Virus record (IMG/VR): IMGVR_UViG_3300005937_000199
Span: 1-64,000 of that record
Reading direction: 5' to 3' (one strand)
DNA length: 64,000 nucleotides
From: a virus
Lineage: Duplodnaviria > Caudoviricetes
Part shown: in pieces, positions 35,746 to 45,422 of the stretch
Layout of the letters: each line of letters opens with the position of its first letter
Position numbering within the stretch: the first letter of the stretch is position 1
Notes under the pieces: generated by a model
What the model was told of the DNA's origin: nothing
The model's input: only the letters and a program-made list of their open reading frames with translations
Databases searched by the model: none
Translations under genes and position numbers: made by a program

Positions 35746-38700
35746 CGCTGACCCCCGATCAGCAGAGCATCGATAAGCGCCCGCCTGGCATTGGCACTGC
35801 GTTCCGCAACTTCGACTACGAGGAGGACATCCGTCGCCTCAAGCGCATGTCGGGTGCGGGTGGTAGCGGCGGTACGGCGATCCAGGCGGCGTTCTGGAGC
35901 GCTACGGGTACGAATATCACTACTGCTGGAACTGCCTTTACTAACGTGCCGATTGCCAATGGCACATCTGATCCGGCTGGTGCCTTCACGTGGAACGCTG
36001 ACGGCTCGATCACGATCAAGGATGCAGGCTGGTACTACGTCGATGCCAACGTCTTCGGCTCGGCTGCCAATGTGACTTATCACATCACGCTGGGCGGTTC
36101 TCCCAATGTTGCCAATGGAGTTGCTGAAGCTTATGGCAACTTTGGTCCGAATGGCGGCATCGTTGATGTTAGTGGTGTTTACAACTTCGCGGCCAACGCC
36201 AGGGTCTACGTCACCGCTGCCAGTAACCCTGCCAGTCAGACCGTCAACATCCGTGAGTTCGCGATCTTCCGCATCGGTACGGGTCCGACTGGTCCGATTG
36301 GGCCGCAGGGCATCCAGGGTGCGACGGGAGCCACCGGCGCTCAGGGTGCTCAGGGAGCAACAGGTCCAGTAGGCCCCACAGGTGCGACCGGAGCGCCAGG
36401 TCCAGTCGGCTCTGATCTCTACCTCTACTCCGACCCGGACTACTCCGAGGGCGCACAGGTGTCGGTGGCAAACAACCAGACTGCTATTCTGCCGATCCCG
36501 GCGAGCAATCTGACGATCAGCACGACCATCGACGGCAGCAATCCGGACTTCACGCGCAACGCCAACGGCACGATCACGATCAAGGCGGCGGGCACCTACA
36601 CCTTCAGTGTCAACGGCGGCGGCACTCCAGGTACGGTTGGCAAGCCTGTTGACATTCGCATCTGTGGCGGGCCAACGCTCCCCAATCAGTACAAATACTT
36701 CGCCTGGCAGGATTCGCAGAGCGCCGACACCGGCCCGGTGTTCATCGAGGTGACCGGCGTCCGCACGTGCGCTGTCGGTGACATCATCGCCGTCTACGGT
36801 GGCCACACCTCTGGCGCAGCGCTGCTGATGAATGTCAGTCGCATTGCTGTTGTCCGCAACGGCTCGGGTCCGAAGGGCAATCAGGGTATCCAAGGCCCGA
36901 CAGGTCCGACCGGTCCTGTTGGTCCACCTGGCAGCGGCCTGCGCTTCCAGTACACGATGCTGGACCCGATGGACCCGCCTGAGTCGGATGGTACGGTCAC
37001 GGTCAGCGATCTCGATGCAACGCAGATTGTCAACATCGGGATCTACTATCGTGACGCGAGCGGCCAGGATATCTCGTCGTTCCTGGCAACGCTGCGTGAA
37101 CCGCACGAGTTGATCCTGTCGCGGCGTGGCAGTGAGGAGGACTGGACGCGCTGGCGGTTCACGGGCGGCTACGAGGAAGTTCAATCAGGTGGGTACTTCC
37201 AATACGACAACGTTGAACCGATTGCGGCCGGTGGGATCGCTGCTGGCCCTGGTCCAGTCTGGCTGACAATCGTCCCAGTTGGCGACTCAGGTGAGGATGG
37301 TGCGCAGGGACCGCCTGGTGTCTCCAACGCCGTCTACGGGAGCTACTGGCGCTACACCACAAGCGGTGGCGGTGCGGCAACATCAGGCCGCATGGAACTC
37401 AACGCTGCAACCTGGGATACGGTTTGGCAGATCAGCCTCAACGAGATCGCGATGCCAGGTGGCACGGCAGCGGCGTACTTCGCCAAGATCAAGGCCGGAG
37501 ACGAGTTCTACATCCAGGATCGCACTGACGCGACCAAGTGGGGACGCTACACAATCGACATGGTTGGCACTGACCATGGCGACTACTGGACCTTCGAGAT
37601 GACCTATCTCGATGGCCATGGCACCTTGCCTGCCAACAACACCGACACCAGCGTCTCGTTGATCGTGGAGGGTGGAACCCAGCCAGCAATCACCGACACG
37701 GCGTGGAAGCAGCCGGTCAAGGCAGCAACCGACGCGAACATGGTGCTCTCCGGCGAGCAGGCGGTCGATGTCGTGATTGACTGCGTGGCTGGTGACCGCG
37801 TGCTGGTCAAGGACCAGGATGATTCCACGGAGAATGGTATCTACCTTGTCAGTACCGGCCCATGGTCGCGTGCACCTGATGCCGATACGCACAACAAGCT
37901 GGCGAGTGCTGTTGTGCACGTCGAGCAGGGCGGCTCGAACTTCGACAAGACCTTCCGCTGTAGTCTGAATAACGATCCTGATGCAGTGCTCGGTGACTAC
38001 CTGATTGACTGGATCTATTGGCCGACCGACTTCGGGATCGGTGCGTCTGACGGGATCATGCCGGGCGATGCCAGCTTCAGTGACATCTCGTGGTACAACG
38101 AGGCTACTCCTGGTGATGGCGTCAACTTCAACAACTCCCGTGCCCGCCATTTGGCTACGCCGACGGCTGACGATGATGGTGCCACCAAGGCTTACGTTGA
38201 CTCGAAGGTCGGCAGCGGCGGCGGTGGAGGCGGTGGCCACACGATCCAGGACGAGTCTATCTCGCTGACTCAGCGCACACGCCTGAACTTCGTCGGTGAA
38301 GGCGTCACGGTGCGCGAGGGCGCGACCGGCTCTGATAGCACTGTAGTTGATATTCCGGCGTTCAAGGCGGCGATCTGTCAGATCAACTTCACCAGCGGCA
38401 TCGCGATGACAGCGGCGACGTGGAAGACGTTGGCTCCAGTGAGCCTCTACGCGAGTGATCCGCCTACGGCCTTCACGCTTGCCGCAGACGGCGGCATCAT
38501 TATCAACGAGACTGGCTATTATGCTGCTAGCGTGACTGCCTACATGGGTGGATCATCGTCTGGTGCGTGCTATCTGACGATTGGTGCCACGCCTAATGCC
38601 GAAGGCTCTTATGCCGAGCAGGATGGTACGAATGCCGGTCAGTTGGCATCGTGCACGGCTTCCGCGCTCTACCTGGTAGCAGGCAGCAAGCTATACGCCT

Positions 38701-41700
38701 GCGGTTATAGTGCTGTGGCGGCTACCTGGCAGCTTCGCCAGTTCCAGATCGCACGTGTCGGTGGTCCGCAAGGCGCGAAGGGCGATCCAGGTGGCAATGC
38801 GACTGCCACGCTCGATCCCTGGCATCAGATTGGTGCGGCGGGTGAGCCAGCCTTCACGAACTCGTGGGTCGCCACTGACTCGAACGTCTACTACCGCAAG
38901 GACCCGTTCGGCCGGGTCTACTTGCGCGGTTCGCTCAGTGGTGGCGCGAGTGGCACTTCTGCATTCACGCTGCCGGTTGGCTATCGGCCGCTTCTGGTTG
39001 GTCTTACGCGCGTCCGCACCATTGCTATTGACAATCAAATTGGTGGTGCTGGCAAGTGGGAGGGGCAGATCAACGTCAACACTGACGGCACAGTTCTCAT
39101 CTACTCGACCAACACTCCAGCCAACGCCGTCGTCTCGCTCGATCAGGTGGAGTTTGACAGTGGCACTGTCACTTCCTACATGGTTGGCCCACAGGGGGCC
39201 AAGGGCGATAAGGGCGATCCTGGCGACAAGGCGAGCCTGACGCTCGACCAGTGGCATGTGATTGGCGCAGCCGGTGAACCAGCCTTCCTGAATGGCTGGG
39301 CTGCCTACGGTGGCGGCTACTCGATTCCTGCCTTCAAGAAGGACCCGTTTGGACGTGTGCAGCTTCGTGGGCTGATGAAGAACGGCACGATCACCGCCCC
39401 GATGTTCATCCTGCCTGTCGGCTACCGGCCGACCACGGTGCACGGCTACTCGACACCGGCCAACAACGGTTCTGCTTACGTCCTCAATGACATCCGTGTT
39501 GCCAACGACGGCTCGGTCAGCCAGGTTGGCGGTGGCAACGGGTATGTCTGGCTGGATGGCATCGAATTCGATACGGATCAGCAGACAGTCGCATTGGCAG
39601 GGGCCAAGGGCGACAAGGGTGATGCTGGTACTCCTGGCCAGGTGGAGATCTATGCCACTGCGATTGCTGGTACAGGGGTTTCAGTCGCCAGCGGCGGAAG
39701 CGGACTGTTGCCGCTTGGTGTTCCACCTGACATCAGCAAGAGCAATGGTATCAATCCGGACTTCGTGCGCAACGCGGACGGTTCGCTGACAATCGTCTCG
39801 GCAGGCGTCTATACGATCAACGGCACGATAGCTCCTGGTGCTGCTTTGGCAGCCGGTTGCCAGGTTGAAGCACGGATTTGTGCGAAGGCAGGCGCAACCC
39901 CCGGTGTAGGCGACTTCATCACGGTCGAGAATAGCTTTACGGGTGCTGGTGGCCAGTACCCGTGGGTGACGGCTACGGTAACACGCAAGTTTGCAGCAGG
40001 TGATGTGGTCGCGGTCTACGGACTCATGGTTGGCGCGACAGTCACTCTCAATTGCCAGTTGTTCGGTATCACCCGAGTTGGTAGTGGCCCGAAGGGCGAT
40101 ACCGGCCCACAGGGTCCTGTTGGCCTCGGCACGATAGAGGCGTGGCATCTCGTTGGCGGCGCAGGCGAGGTGCCCTTCGCAACCGGCTGGAGCCACTACG
40201 GGTCGGGCTACACAAACGGCGGCTTCCGCAAGTACCCGGACGGCAAGGTCAAGCTTCGTGGTCTGGTGTCCACCTCGGCGGGCGCAGGCAGCACGATCTT
40301 CACGCTGCCTGTTACTCATCGTGTTGCTGCTGGTGGGTCAGTGAGCATCTTCATCTGCGAATCGTCGCTCGCTGCTAGCGGACAGGTTCGTATCGATGTC
40401 AACACCGCTACCGGCGTAGTGTCATATGGCACCAGCCCAGCAGCAGGCAACTGGGTATCGCTTGATGGGATCGAGTTCGACACCGATACAGTATCTACCT
40501 ACTTGACAGGCCCGCAAGGGCCGAAGGGCGATAAGGGCGACACAGGTGGCAACGCAACTGCTACTTTGGACCCATGGCACGTTGTCGGTGCAGCAAGCGA
40601 GCCTCCGTTCCAGAATTCGTGGACCACGCCAGGCGGGCAAGCGGGCCTGATGTTCCGCAAGGACCCGTTTGGGGTCGTCCACATCTTCGGTGTGGCGACT
40701 GGTGGCGCAACCGGCAGTGTGGCCTTCACGCTCCCGGTCGGCTACCGCCCGCTGGTTGGCTCCAACACCACCGTCTATGACGTGCTGCTTGACAGTGGTG
40801 TTGCTGGTGGCTATGTCGGTATTGACAAGTCAACAGGTAATGTCACTCTGAACAGGGGTTCGTCTGTCTCGATCTACGTTGACCTCTCGTTCGACACCGG
40901 CACTGTTACCAACTATATGGTCGGGCCACAAGGTCCGGCTGGTGGCAATGCGACTGCTAACTTGGACACGTGGCATCAGGTTGGCACGGCTGGTGAGCCT
41001 GCTTACCAGAACTCGTGGGTTACCTATCCAGGATGGACGGGGGCGTCATTCCGCAAGGACCCCTTTGGCCGTGTGCATCTACGCGGTTTGATCCGCAATG
41101 GCACGGTTGGTCAACCGATATTTACACTCCCAGTTGGCTGTCGTCCACCGTCAGGGTTGATCATCGATGCCCAGGCGGGCGAGCCGAATGGCAATGCACG
41201 GATGACAATCGCCGCAGACGGTACGGTGTCTTGTGCTTCGCTCGGCACAGGCGCAGACGGGCAGTTCCTCTCGCTGTGGGGGATCAGTTTTGACACCGAT
41301 ACTGTCACTTCCTATATGGTCGGCCCGCAAGGTCCGGCTGGTGCCAAGGGCGATCCTGGTGGCAATACGACTGTTGCTCTGGAGGCTTGGCATACGGTCG
41401 GTGGAGCGGGCGAGCCTTCGTTCCAGAACTCGTGGGTCAACTACGCGAGCGGCTACTCGTCTGTTGCCTTCCGCAAAGACCCACTTGGCAAGGTGATCTT
41501 GCGTGGTGCGATCAAGAGCGGCACTGTCCCCGGCACAGTCTTCACACTGCCAACCGGGTTTAGACCACCTGGCCAGATCTCGTTCCCGCTTGCAACCGAT
41601 GGCTCCTTCGGGACGCTTGGCGGTGTCTACGTCTCGAACGCTGGCGATGTTGTCATCTACCGAGGCAGTAACGCCTACGTCTCACTTGATGGGATCGAGT

Positions 41701-43037
41701 TCGACACCGACTTGGTGTCAAGCTACATGGTTGGTCCGCCAGGGCCAACCGGCGCGATAGGCCCGCAGGGGCCAGCGGGCAACAGCGCTACGGTGCCGAT
41801 GGACACCTGGCATGTCGTCGGCTCGGGTGGCAGCGAGCCTGCCTTCACAAACGGGTTCAGCGCATGGTCCGGCTACAACGTCCGCTTCCGCAAGTTCCCT
41901 GACGGCCGAGTCCAGATTGCTGGTGTGATCGGTACTCCAGCGTCCGGTGGCATGGCTGCCTTCACCCTGCCTGTGGGCTATCGCCCGGTTGGCAACGAGC
42001 GTGGCTTCGTCTGCAAGAACTCGTCAGCGACATCGCTCGTCTACGTCAACACTGATGGCACTGTCAATGTTCCTGTCAATGTTGGCTACACCTATCTCGA
42101 TCCAGTCATCTTCGACACCGAGAGTGTGCTTGCACTGCCGACCGGCCCGAAGGGTGATCCGGGTGGCAACGCAGCGCTCCCCATCGAAGACTGGCACGTG
42201 CTTGGTGGGGCTGGCGAACCGGCGTTCCTGAATGGCTGGACGAGCTATGGCGGCAACTATCCGGCCGGGTTCCGCAAGCTGCCGGATGGCACCGTTCAGA
42301 TGCGCGGCCTGATCAAGCCAGGGACTATCAATCAACCTGCCTTCACACTACCTGCTGCGTATTGGCCGGGACCGGGAGTAAATGAGCGCTTCTTCACACT
42401 GGCTGCGCACACCGGCTCGGCGTGGACATCTGCTCAGGTTGATTGCATCGCTGGCAACGGCAACATTCAGATCACGGCAACCGCTGCCACGATCACAGCA
42501 AGTGGCTGGATTGCGCTCGACGGGATCGAGTTCCCAACCGCCCAAGCGACCTTCCCGACCGGGCCGCAAGGACCCAAGGGTGACAAGGGAGATGTCAGTC
42601 TTGATGCGTCGGGCTTCTCGATGCGCAGCGCGGCGACGGTCAGCAACCTCTGGCAGAACACCACCTTCGTGAAGATGCAGTTCGACACGATGGAGTATGA
42701 CTACTCGCTTGGCGGCGCTAGCCTGGTGAATGACAACTTTGTTGTCGTCGAACCTGGTGTCTATCAGATTGCTGTCAGCACCCTGCCGGTGCAGAACATC
42801 GGGGATGGCGCAGGGGTTGCCATGGGTGTGTTCGTGGATGGTGTCGAGCACACACGCCTCGGCCAGTGGATCTTGGGCGCGACCAACAACCCAAGCTTTA
42901 CAGCATCGGGTATCATCCGTCTGTTGAATGGTCAGACGGTCGATGTTCGTGTTTACCTATCTGCTGGTGGCCCCATCAGCCAGAGTGGTAACCCATCGTG
43001 TGTGTATTGGCGAATGCAGAAGATCCGAAACGCATAG
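35742..43037 (+). CDS. Mosaic tail fibre / receptor-binding protein with collagen linkers, C1q/TNF-like domains and 8 repeated modules
   Basis: Gly-X-Y runs; 8 copies of W(H)..G..GEP.F.N.W...FRK.P.G.V...G......FTLP.G.RP...LD.I.FDT; C-terminal C1q-like domain (FSMRS...MQFD.MEYD...F...PGVYQI). Confidence 0.85.
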   Translation: MTLTPDQQSIDKRPPGIGTAFRNFDYEEDIRRLKRMSGAGGSGGTAIQAAFWSATGTNITTAGTAFTNVPIANGTSDPAGAFTWNADGSITIKDAGWYYVDANVFGSAANVTYHITLGGSPNVANGVAEAYGNFGPNGGIVDVSGVYNFAANARVYVTAASNPASQTVNIREFAIFRIGTGPTGPIGPQGIQGATGATGAQGAQGATGPVGPTGATGAPGPVGSDLYLYSDPDYSEGAQVSVANNQTAILPIPASNLTISTTIDGSNPDFTRNANGTITIKAAGTYTFSVNGGGTPGTVGKPVDIRICGGPTLPNQYKYFAWQDSQSADTGPVFIEVTGVRTCAVGDIIAVYGGHTSGAALLMNVSRIAVVRNGSGPKGNQGIQGPTGPTGPVGPPGSGLRFQYTMLDPMDPPESDGTVTVSDLDATQIVNIGIYYRDASGQDISSFLATLREPHELILSRRGSEEDWTRWRFTGGYEEVQSGGYFQYDNVEPIAAGGIAAGPGPVWLTIVPVGDSGEDGAQGPPGVSNAVYGSYWRYTTSGGGAATSGRMELNAATWDTVWQISLNEIAMPGGTAAAYFAKIKAGDEFYIQDRTDATKWGRYTIDMVGTDHGDYWTFEMTYLDGHGTLPANNTDTSVSLIVEGGTQPAITDTAWKQPVKAATDANMVLSGEQAVDVVIDCVAGDRVLVKDQDDSTENGIYLVSTGPWSRAPDADTHNKLASAVVHVEQGGSNFDKTFRCSLNNDPDAVLGDYLIDWIYWPTDFGIGASDGIMPGDASFSDISWYNEATPGDGVNFNNSRARHLATPTADDDGATKAYVDSKVGSGGGGGGGHTIQDESISLTQRTRLNFVGEGVTVREGATGSDSTVVDIPAFKAAICQINFTSGIAMTAATWKTLAPVSLYASDPPTAFTLAADGGIIINETGYYAASVTAYMGGSSSGACYLTIGATPNAEGSYAEQDGTNAGQLASCTASALYLVAGSKLYACGYSAVAATWQLRQFQIARVGGPQGAKGDPGGNATATLDPWHQIGAAGEPAFTNSWVATDSNVYYRKDPFGRVYLRGSLSGGASGTSAFTLPVGYRPLLVGLTRVRTIAIDNQIGGAGKWEGQINVNTDGTVLIYSTNTPANAVVSLDQVEFDSGTVTSYMVGPQGAKGDKGDPGDKASLTLDQWHVIGAAGEPAFLNGWAAYGGGYSIPAFKKDPFGRVQLRGLMKNGTITAPMFILPVGYRPTTVHGYSTPANNGSAYVLNDIRVANDGSVSQVGGGNGYVWLDGIEFDTDQQTVALAGAKGDKGDAGTPGQVEIYATAIAGTGVSVASGGSGLLPLGVPPDISKSNGINPDFVRNADGSLTIVSAGVYTINGTIAPGAALAAGCQVEARICAKAGATPGVGDFITVENSFTGAGGQYPWVTATVTRKFAAGDVVAVYGLMVGATVTLNCQLFGITRVGSGPKGDTGPQGPVGLGTIEAWHLVGGAGEVPFATGWSHYGSGYTNGGFRKYPDGKVKLRGLVSTSAGAGSTIFTLPVTHRVAAGGSVSIFICESSLAASGQVRIDVNTATGVVSYGTSPAAGNWVSLDGIEFDTDTVSTYLTGPQGPKGDKGDTGGNATATLDPWHVVGAASEPPFQNSWTTPGGQAGLMFRKDPFGVVHIFGVATGGATGSVAFTLPVGYRPLVGSNTTVYDVLLDSGVAGGYVGIDKSTGNVTLNRGSSVSIYVDLSFDTGTVTNYMVGPQGPAGGNATANLDTWHQVGTAGEPAYQNSWVTYPGWTGASFRKDPFGRVHLRGLIRNGTVGQPIFTLPVGCRPPSGLIIDAQAGEPNGNARMTIAADGTVSCASLGTGADGQFLSLWGISFDTDTVTSYMVGPQGPAGAKGDPGGNTTVALEAWHTVGGAGEPSFQNSWVNYASGYSSVAFRKDPLGKVILRGAIKSGTVPGTVFTLPTGFRPPGQISFPLATDGSFGTLGGVYVSNAGDVVIYRGSNAYVSLDGIEFDTDLVSSYMVGPPGPTGAIGPQGPAGNSATVPMDTWHVVGSGGSEPAFTNGFSAWSGYNVRFRKFPDGRVQIAGVIGTPASGGMAAFTLPVGYRPVGNERGFVCKNSSATSLVYVNTDGTVNVPVNVGYTYLDPVIFDTESVLALPTGPKGDPGGNAALPIEDWHVLGGAGEPAFLNGWTSYGGNYPAGFRKLPDGTVQMRGLIKPGTINQPAFTLPAAYWPGPGVNERFFTLAAHTGSAWTSAQVDCIAGNGNIQITATAATITASGWIALDGIEFPTAQATFPTGPQGPKGDKGDVSLDASGFSMRSAATVSNLWQNTTFVKMQFDTMEYDYSLGGASLVNDNFVVVEPGVYQIAVSTLPVQNIGDGAGVAMGVFVDGVEHTRLGQWILGATNNPSFTASGIIRLLNGQTVDVRVYLSAGGPISQSGNPSCVYWRMQKIRNA

Positions 43038-43048
43038 CGAGGTGAGGG

Positions 43049-43762
43049 ATGGCAACTAAAGTGGTGTGTGACGGCTGCGGCGAGGTGGTCGATACCAAGC
43101 AGCCTTACTACCAAGCGGTGGTGACCCAGGTCCAGGTCAACGAGGACGGCGCACTGGTGACGGTCGTGGCTGCGACGGGCCTTGACTATCACCTCGAACA
43201 TCTGCCGCACACCAGCACGCCGGACTCGGTTGCTGTCCTGACTTCGCTCGACCCAGCGTCGGCCGAGGAAGCAGCAGGCGAGAAGGTCACCCTGCATGTC
43301 ATGGGCCAGCGCTTCATCGACACGGCGTCCATCGTCTTCGACGGCTTCGGCCAGCCGACGACCTACGTCTCGTCAAGCGAGTTGACATGCGAGGTTCCGC
43401 TCGACGCGGTGGGTTCGTTTGAGGTCTTCGTGCGCCAGATGGGCATCGACACCAACAAGCTGATGTTCACGGTGCTCGAAGTGGGCGGCGAGCTACCTCC
43501 GGAGCCGGACCCACTGACGCTCACCTCCATCAACCCGACAAGCGGCAACCGCCAGACGCAGACCGCTGTCACGGCTGTTGGCACCGGCTTCATCGACGGG
43601 GCGTCGGTCATCGTCGCTGGCATGGCAGTGTCAACCATCTTCACAAGCGACACGGAACTCGGCTTCACCATCAACGGACCAGAACTGGGTCCGGGCTACA
43701 AGGACGTGCTCGTGCGCCAGGGCGGTGTGGACACCCAAGTCCTCGAATTCCGCGTGACGTAG
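43049..43762 (+). CDS. Protein with two IPT/TIG Ig-like domains
   Basis: LTSLDP...VTLHVMGQRF...TYVSSSELTC and LTSINP...VTAVGTGF...TIFTSDTEL; N-terminal CxxC. Confidence 0.75.
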   Translation: MATKVVCDGCGEVVDTKQPYYQAVVTQVQVNEDGALVTVVAATGLDYHLEHLPHTSTPDSVAVLTSLDPASAEEAAGEKVTLHVMGQRFIDTASIVFDGFGQPTTYVSSSELTCEVPLDAVGSFEVFVRQMGIDTNKLMFTVLEVGGELPPEPDPLTLTSINPTSGNRQTQTAVTAVGTGFIDGASVIVAGMAVSTIFTSDTELGFTINGPELGPGYKDVLVRQGGVDTQVLEFRVT

Positions 43763-43766
43763 GCTG

Positions 43767-44036
43767 ATGGCCGATCCCATGCCGACAGCGCCGAAGCCGA
43801 CCGATCACCGACTGCACCACCGGCCGGTGTTGTTGGCTGCTGTGATCGGTGGCGGCGTGTGCATGTTGGCAGTGGTGATCGGCCTCACAATCCTGGGCCT
43901 ACATAGTGAGGGGACAAACGACGTTGCCATGACCGGCCTGGCTGCCATCGGATCAACACTGGCAGGTGGCTTTGCATCATGGCTTGGCTACAACCGCCGT
44001 GGCTACGATCACGGCAACGGCAATGGTCGAGAATAA
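43767..44036 (+). CDS. Holin-like membrane protein (2 TM)
   Basis: Two hydrophobic helices, 89 aa, end of virion operon. Confidence 0.55.
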   Translation: MADPMPTAPKPTDHRLHHRPVLLAAVIGGGVCMLAVVIGLTILGLHSEGTNDVAMTGLAAIGSTLAGGFASWLGYNRRGYDHGNGNGRE

Positions 44037-44041
44037 CAACG

Positions 44042-44275
44042 ATGTGGTTGCTCGCTCTTACGGAAGCCTCGGTGTGGGGGATCGCGGCTGCTGTCAGCAC
44101 ACTGATCGGTGTCGGCTTGAGCATCGCTGCCTACCGCAGCAAGCGCGAGGCGGATACCAACAAGGTCAACGAGGAGCAGCACAAGCAACTGCTGGAGGCG
44201 CGGGCTGAGTCCGAGCGGCTGTCGGCCGAACTCCACCAGTACAAGCTGAGGTATGGCGATGAAGTTCCCGAATAA
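44042..44275 (+). CDS. Membrane protein with coiled coil (lysis-cassette type)
   Basis: N-terminal TM then a heptad region. Confidence 0.6.
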   Translation: MWLLALTEASVWGIAAAVSTLIGVGLSIAAYRSKREADTNKVNEEQHKQLLEARAESERLSAELHQYKLRYGDEVPE

Positions 44276-44666
44276 AACGGCAGTGTTGATGACAACTTCA
44301 CTGGTGTTCGCTGCTGGTGGAGGGTTCGCGGCCAGCGTGGCACTGTCACAGGGTGATCCTGTCAAGGAAGTCACCATCGATGTCGGCAAGGGCGAGCAGG
44401 GCGATCCTGGTCCGCCTGGACCGGCCGGACCCGCAGGGCCAGCAGGACCCGCAGGCCCGAAGGGCGACAAGGGCGATCAGGGCGAGCAGGGGCTTCGTGG
44501 TCTGGTCGGTCCCGCAGGTCCAGCAGGACCCCAGGGTGAGCGCGGCCCTCAAGGTCCACCCGGTGGCGTGACGTGCCCAACCGGCTTCGTGCCTGGCATC
44601 CTGAAGATCAACCACCCTGGTGGGCAGGCCACGATATACACCTGCATGACACCAGGCTCCAACTAG
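44259..44666 (+). CDS. Membrane-anchored/secreted collagen-like protein
   Basis: Signal/TM, ~20 Gly-X-Y triplets, C-terminal two-Cys mini-domain. Confidence 0.75.
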   Translation: MKFPNKTAVLMTTSLVFAAGGGFAASVALSQGDPVKEVTIDVGKGEQGDPGPPGPAGPAGPAGPAGPKGDKGDQGEQGLRGLVGPAGPAGPQGERGPQGPPGGVTCPTGFVPGILKINHPGGQATIYTCMTPGSN

Positions 44667-44754
44667 CTATGACAACAAGACTTCCACGGCGGAGGCAGGC
44701 GAGGCTTCCCGAGAACCCTGCCCGCGCCGTCCGGGTGGGCCAGCCCCCAGCGCC

Positions 44755-44792
44755 CCCTGGCTCGCCACAGGGTGGCGCGGGGGCCAGGGCTT
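44755..44792 (+). terminator. Putative terminator of the virion operon
   Basis: CCCTGGC...GCCAGGG with inner CGCCAC/GTGGCG stem, followed by CTTT. Confidence 0.5.
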
Positions 44793-44884
44793 TACTAGAG
44801 TGTTCAGGTTCCCAACACAAGGAGGTTCGCCCTTGCCCCAGTGGCAGACAGGCTCGTCACACATCGACATGCGCTAGCCGCACG

Positions 44885-45130
44885 ATGGCGGCGACGGCAC
44901 AGGTATCCCCCTCGCCTGAGGCACGGAGCCTGTTCAACAACATGGCTGCCAACGCGCAGCCTCTTGGAGCGGATGTGAATACGCTCCACATCGACGTTGG
45001 CAATTTGCTTGTCGTAGGGTGTCAACGTGTACGTCAGGGCCTCGATGCCGGGGCCTCGACGGAGATAGAGGAACTGCTGGGCGAGAAGTGGATTGCACCC
45101 GCTCCTAACGGCGGCTGGTTCCTCGGGTAG
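44885..45130 (+). CDS. Hypothetical protein
   Basis: MAATAQVSPSPEARSLFNNM...; no clear RBS. Confidence 0.45.
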   Translation: MAATAQVSPSPEARSLFNNMAANAQPLGADVNTLHIDVGNLLVVGCQRVRQGLDAGASTEIEELLGEKWIAPAPNGGWFLG

Positions 45131-45157
45131 CTCATCGTCGTCGGCCGGGGGATGCCT

Positions 45158-45370
45158 TCAGTGTCCCTCGGTCGATTGACCGCGCCCGCACCGGCCGCAG
45201 TACGTGATCTCCATCAGGTCGAAGCAGGCCGGACACACACCGTCCTGCCAGGCGATCCATAGTGCTCGCCGCGCCGGAGGGCTGAGTGACCGCTTCGTCG
45301 CCAAATGCCAAGCAGCCTTGCTTCTACGTCGCACTCGTGTCAATCGAGTTGTTGGCACGACGCGGTACAT
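45158..45370 (-). CDS. 70-aa basic Zn-finger-like protein
   Basis: Strong RBS GAGGAGG 6 nt before ATG; CPAC...CGRC; TATGAT -10 upstream. Confidence 0.65.
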   Translation of the reverse strand: MYRVVPTTRLTRVRRRSKAAWHLATKRSLSPPARRALWIAWQDGVCPACFDLMEITYCGRCGRGQSTEGH

Positions 45371-45422
45371 CTTGATCCTCCTCGGCAGTGGGATCATAGC
45401 CTGGTGTGTTAGACTCTTCGCC

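Noticed and set aside
38810-42560. Diversity-generating retroelement TR/VR pair
   Set aside because: Module copies differ throughout and not specifically at adenines; no reverse transcriptase is seen in the window
45204-45422. 73-aa N-terminal extension of the SF2 helicase
   Set aside because: It overlaps the reverse-strand gene with a strong RBS; GTG 45423 after a -10 box is the better start
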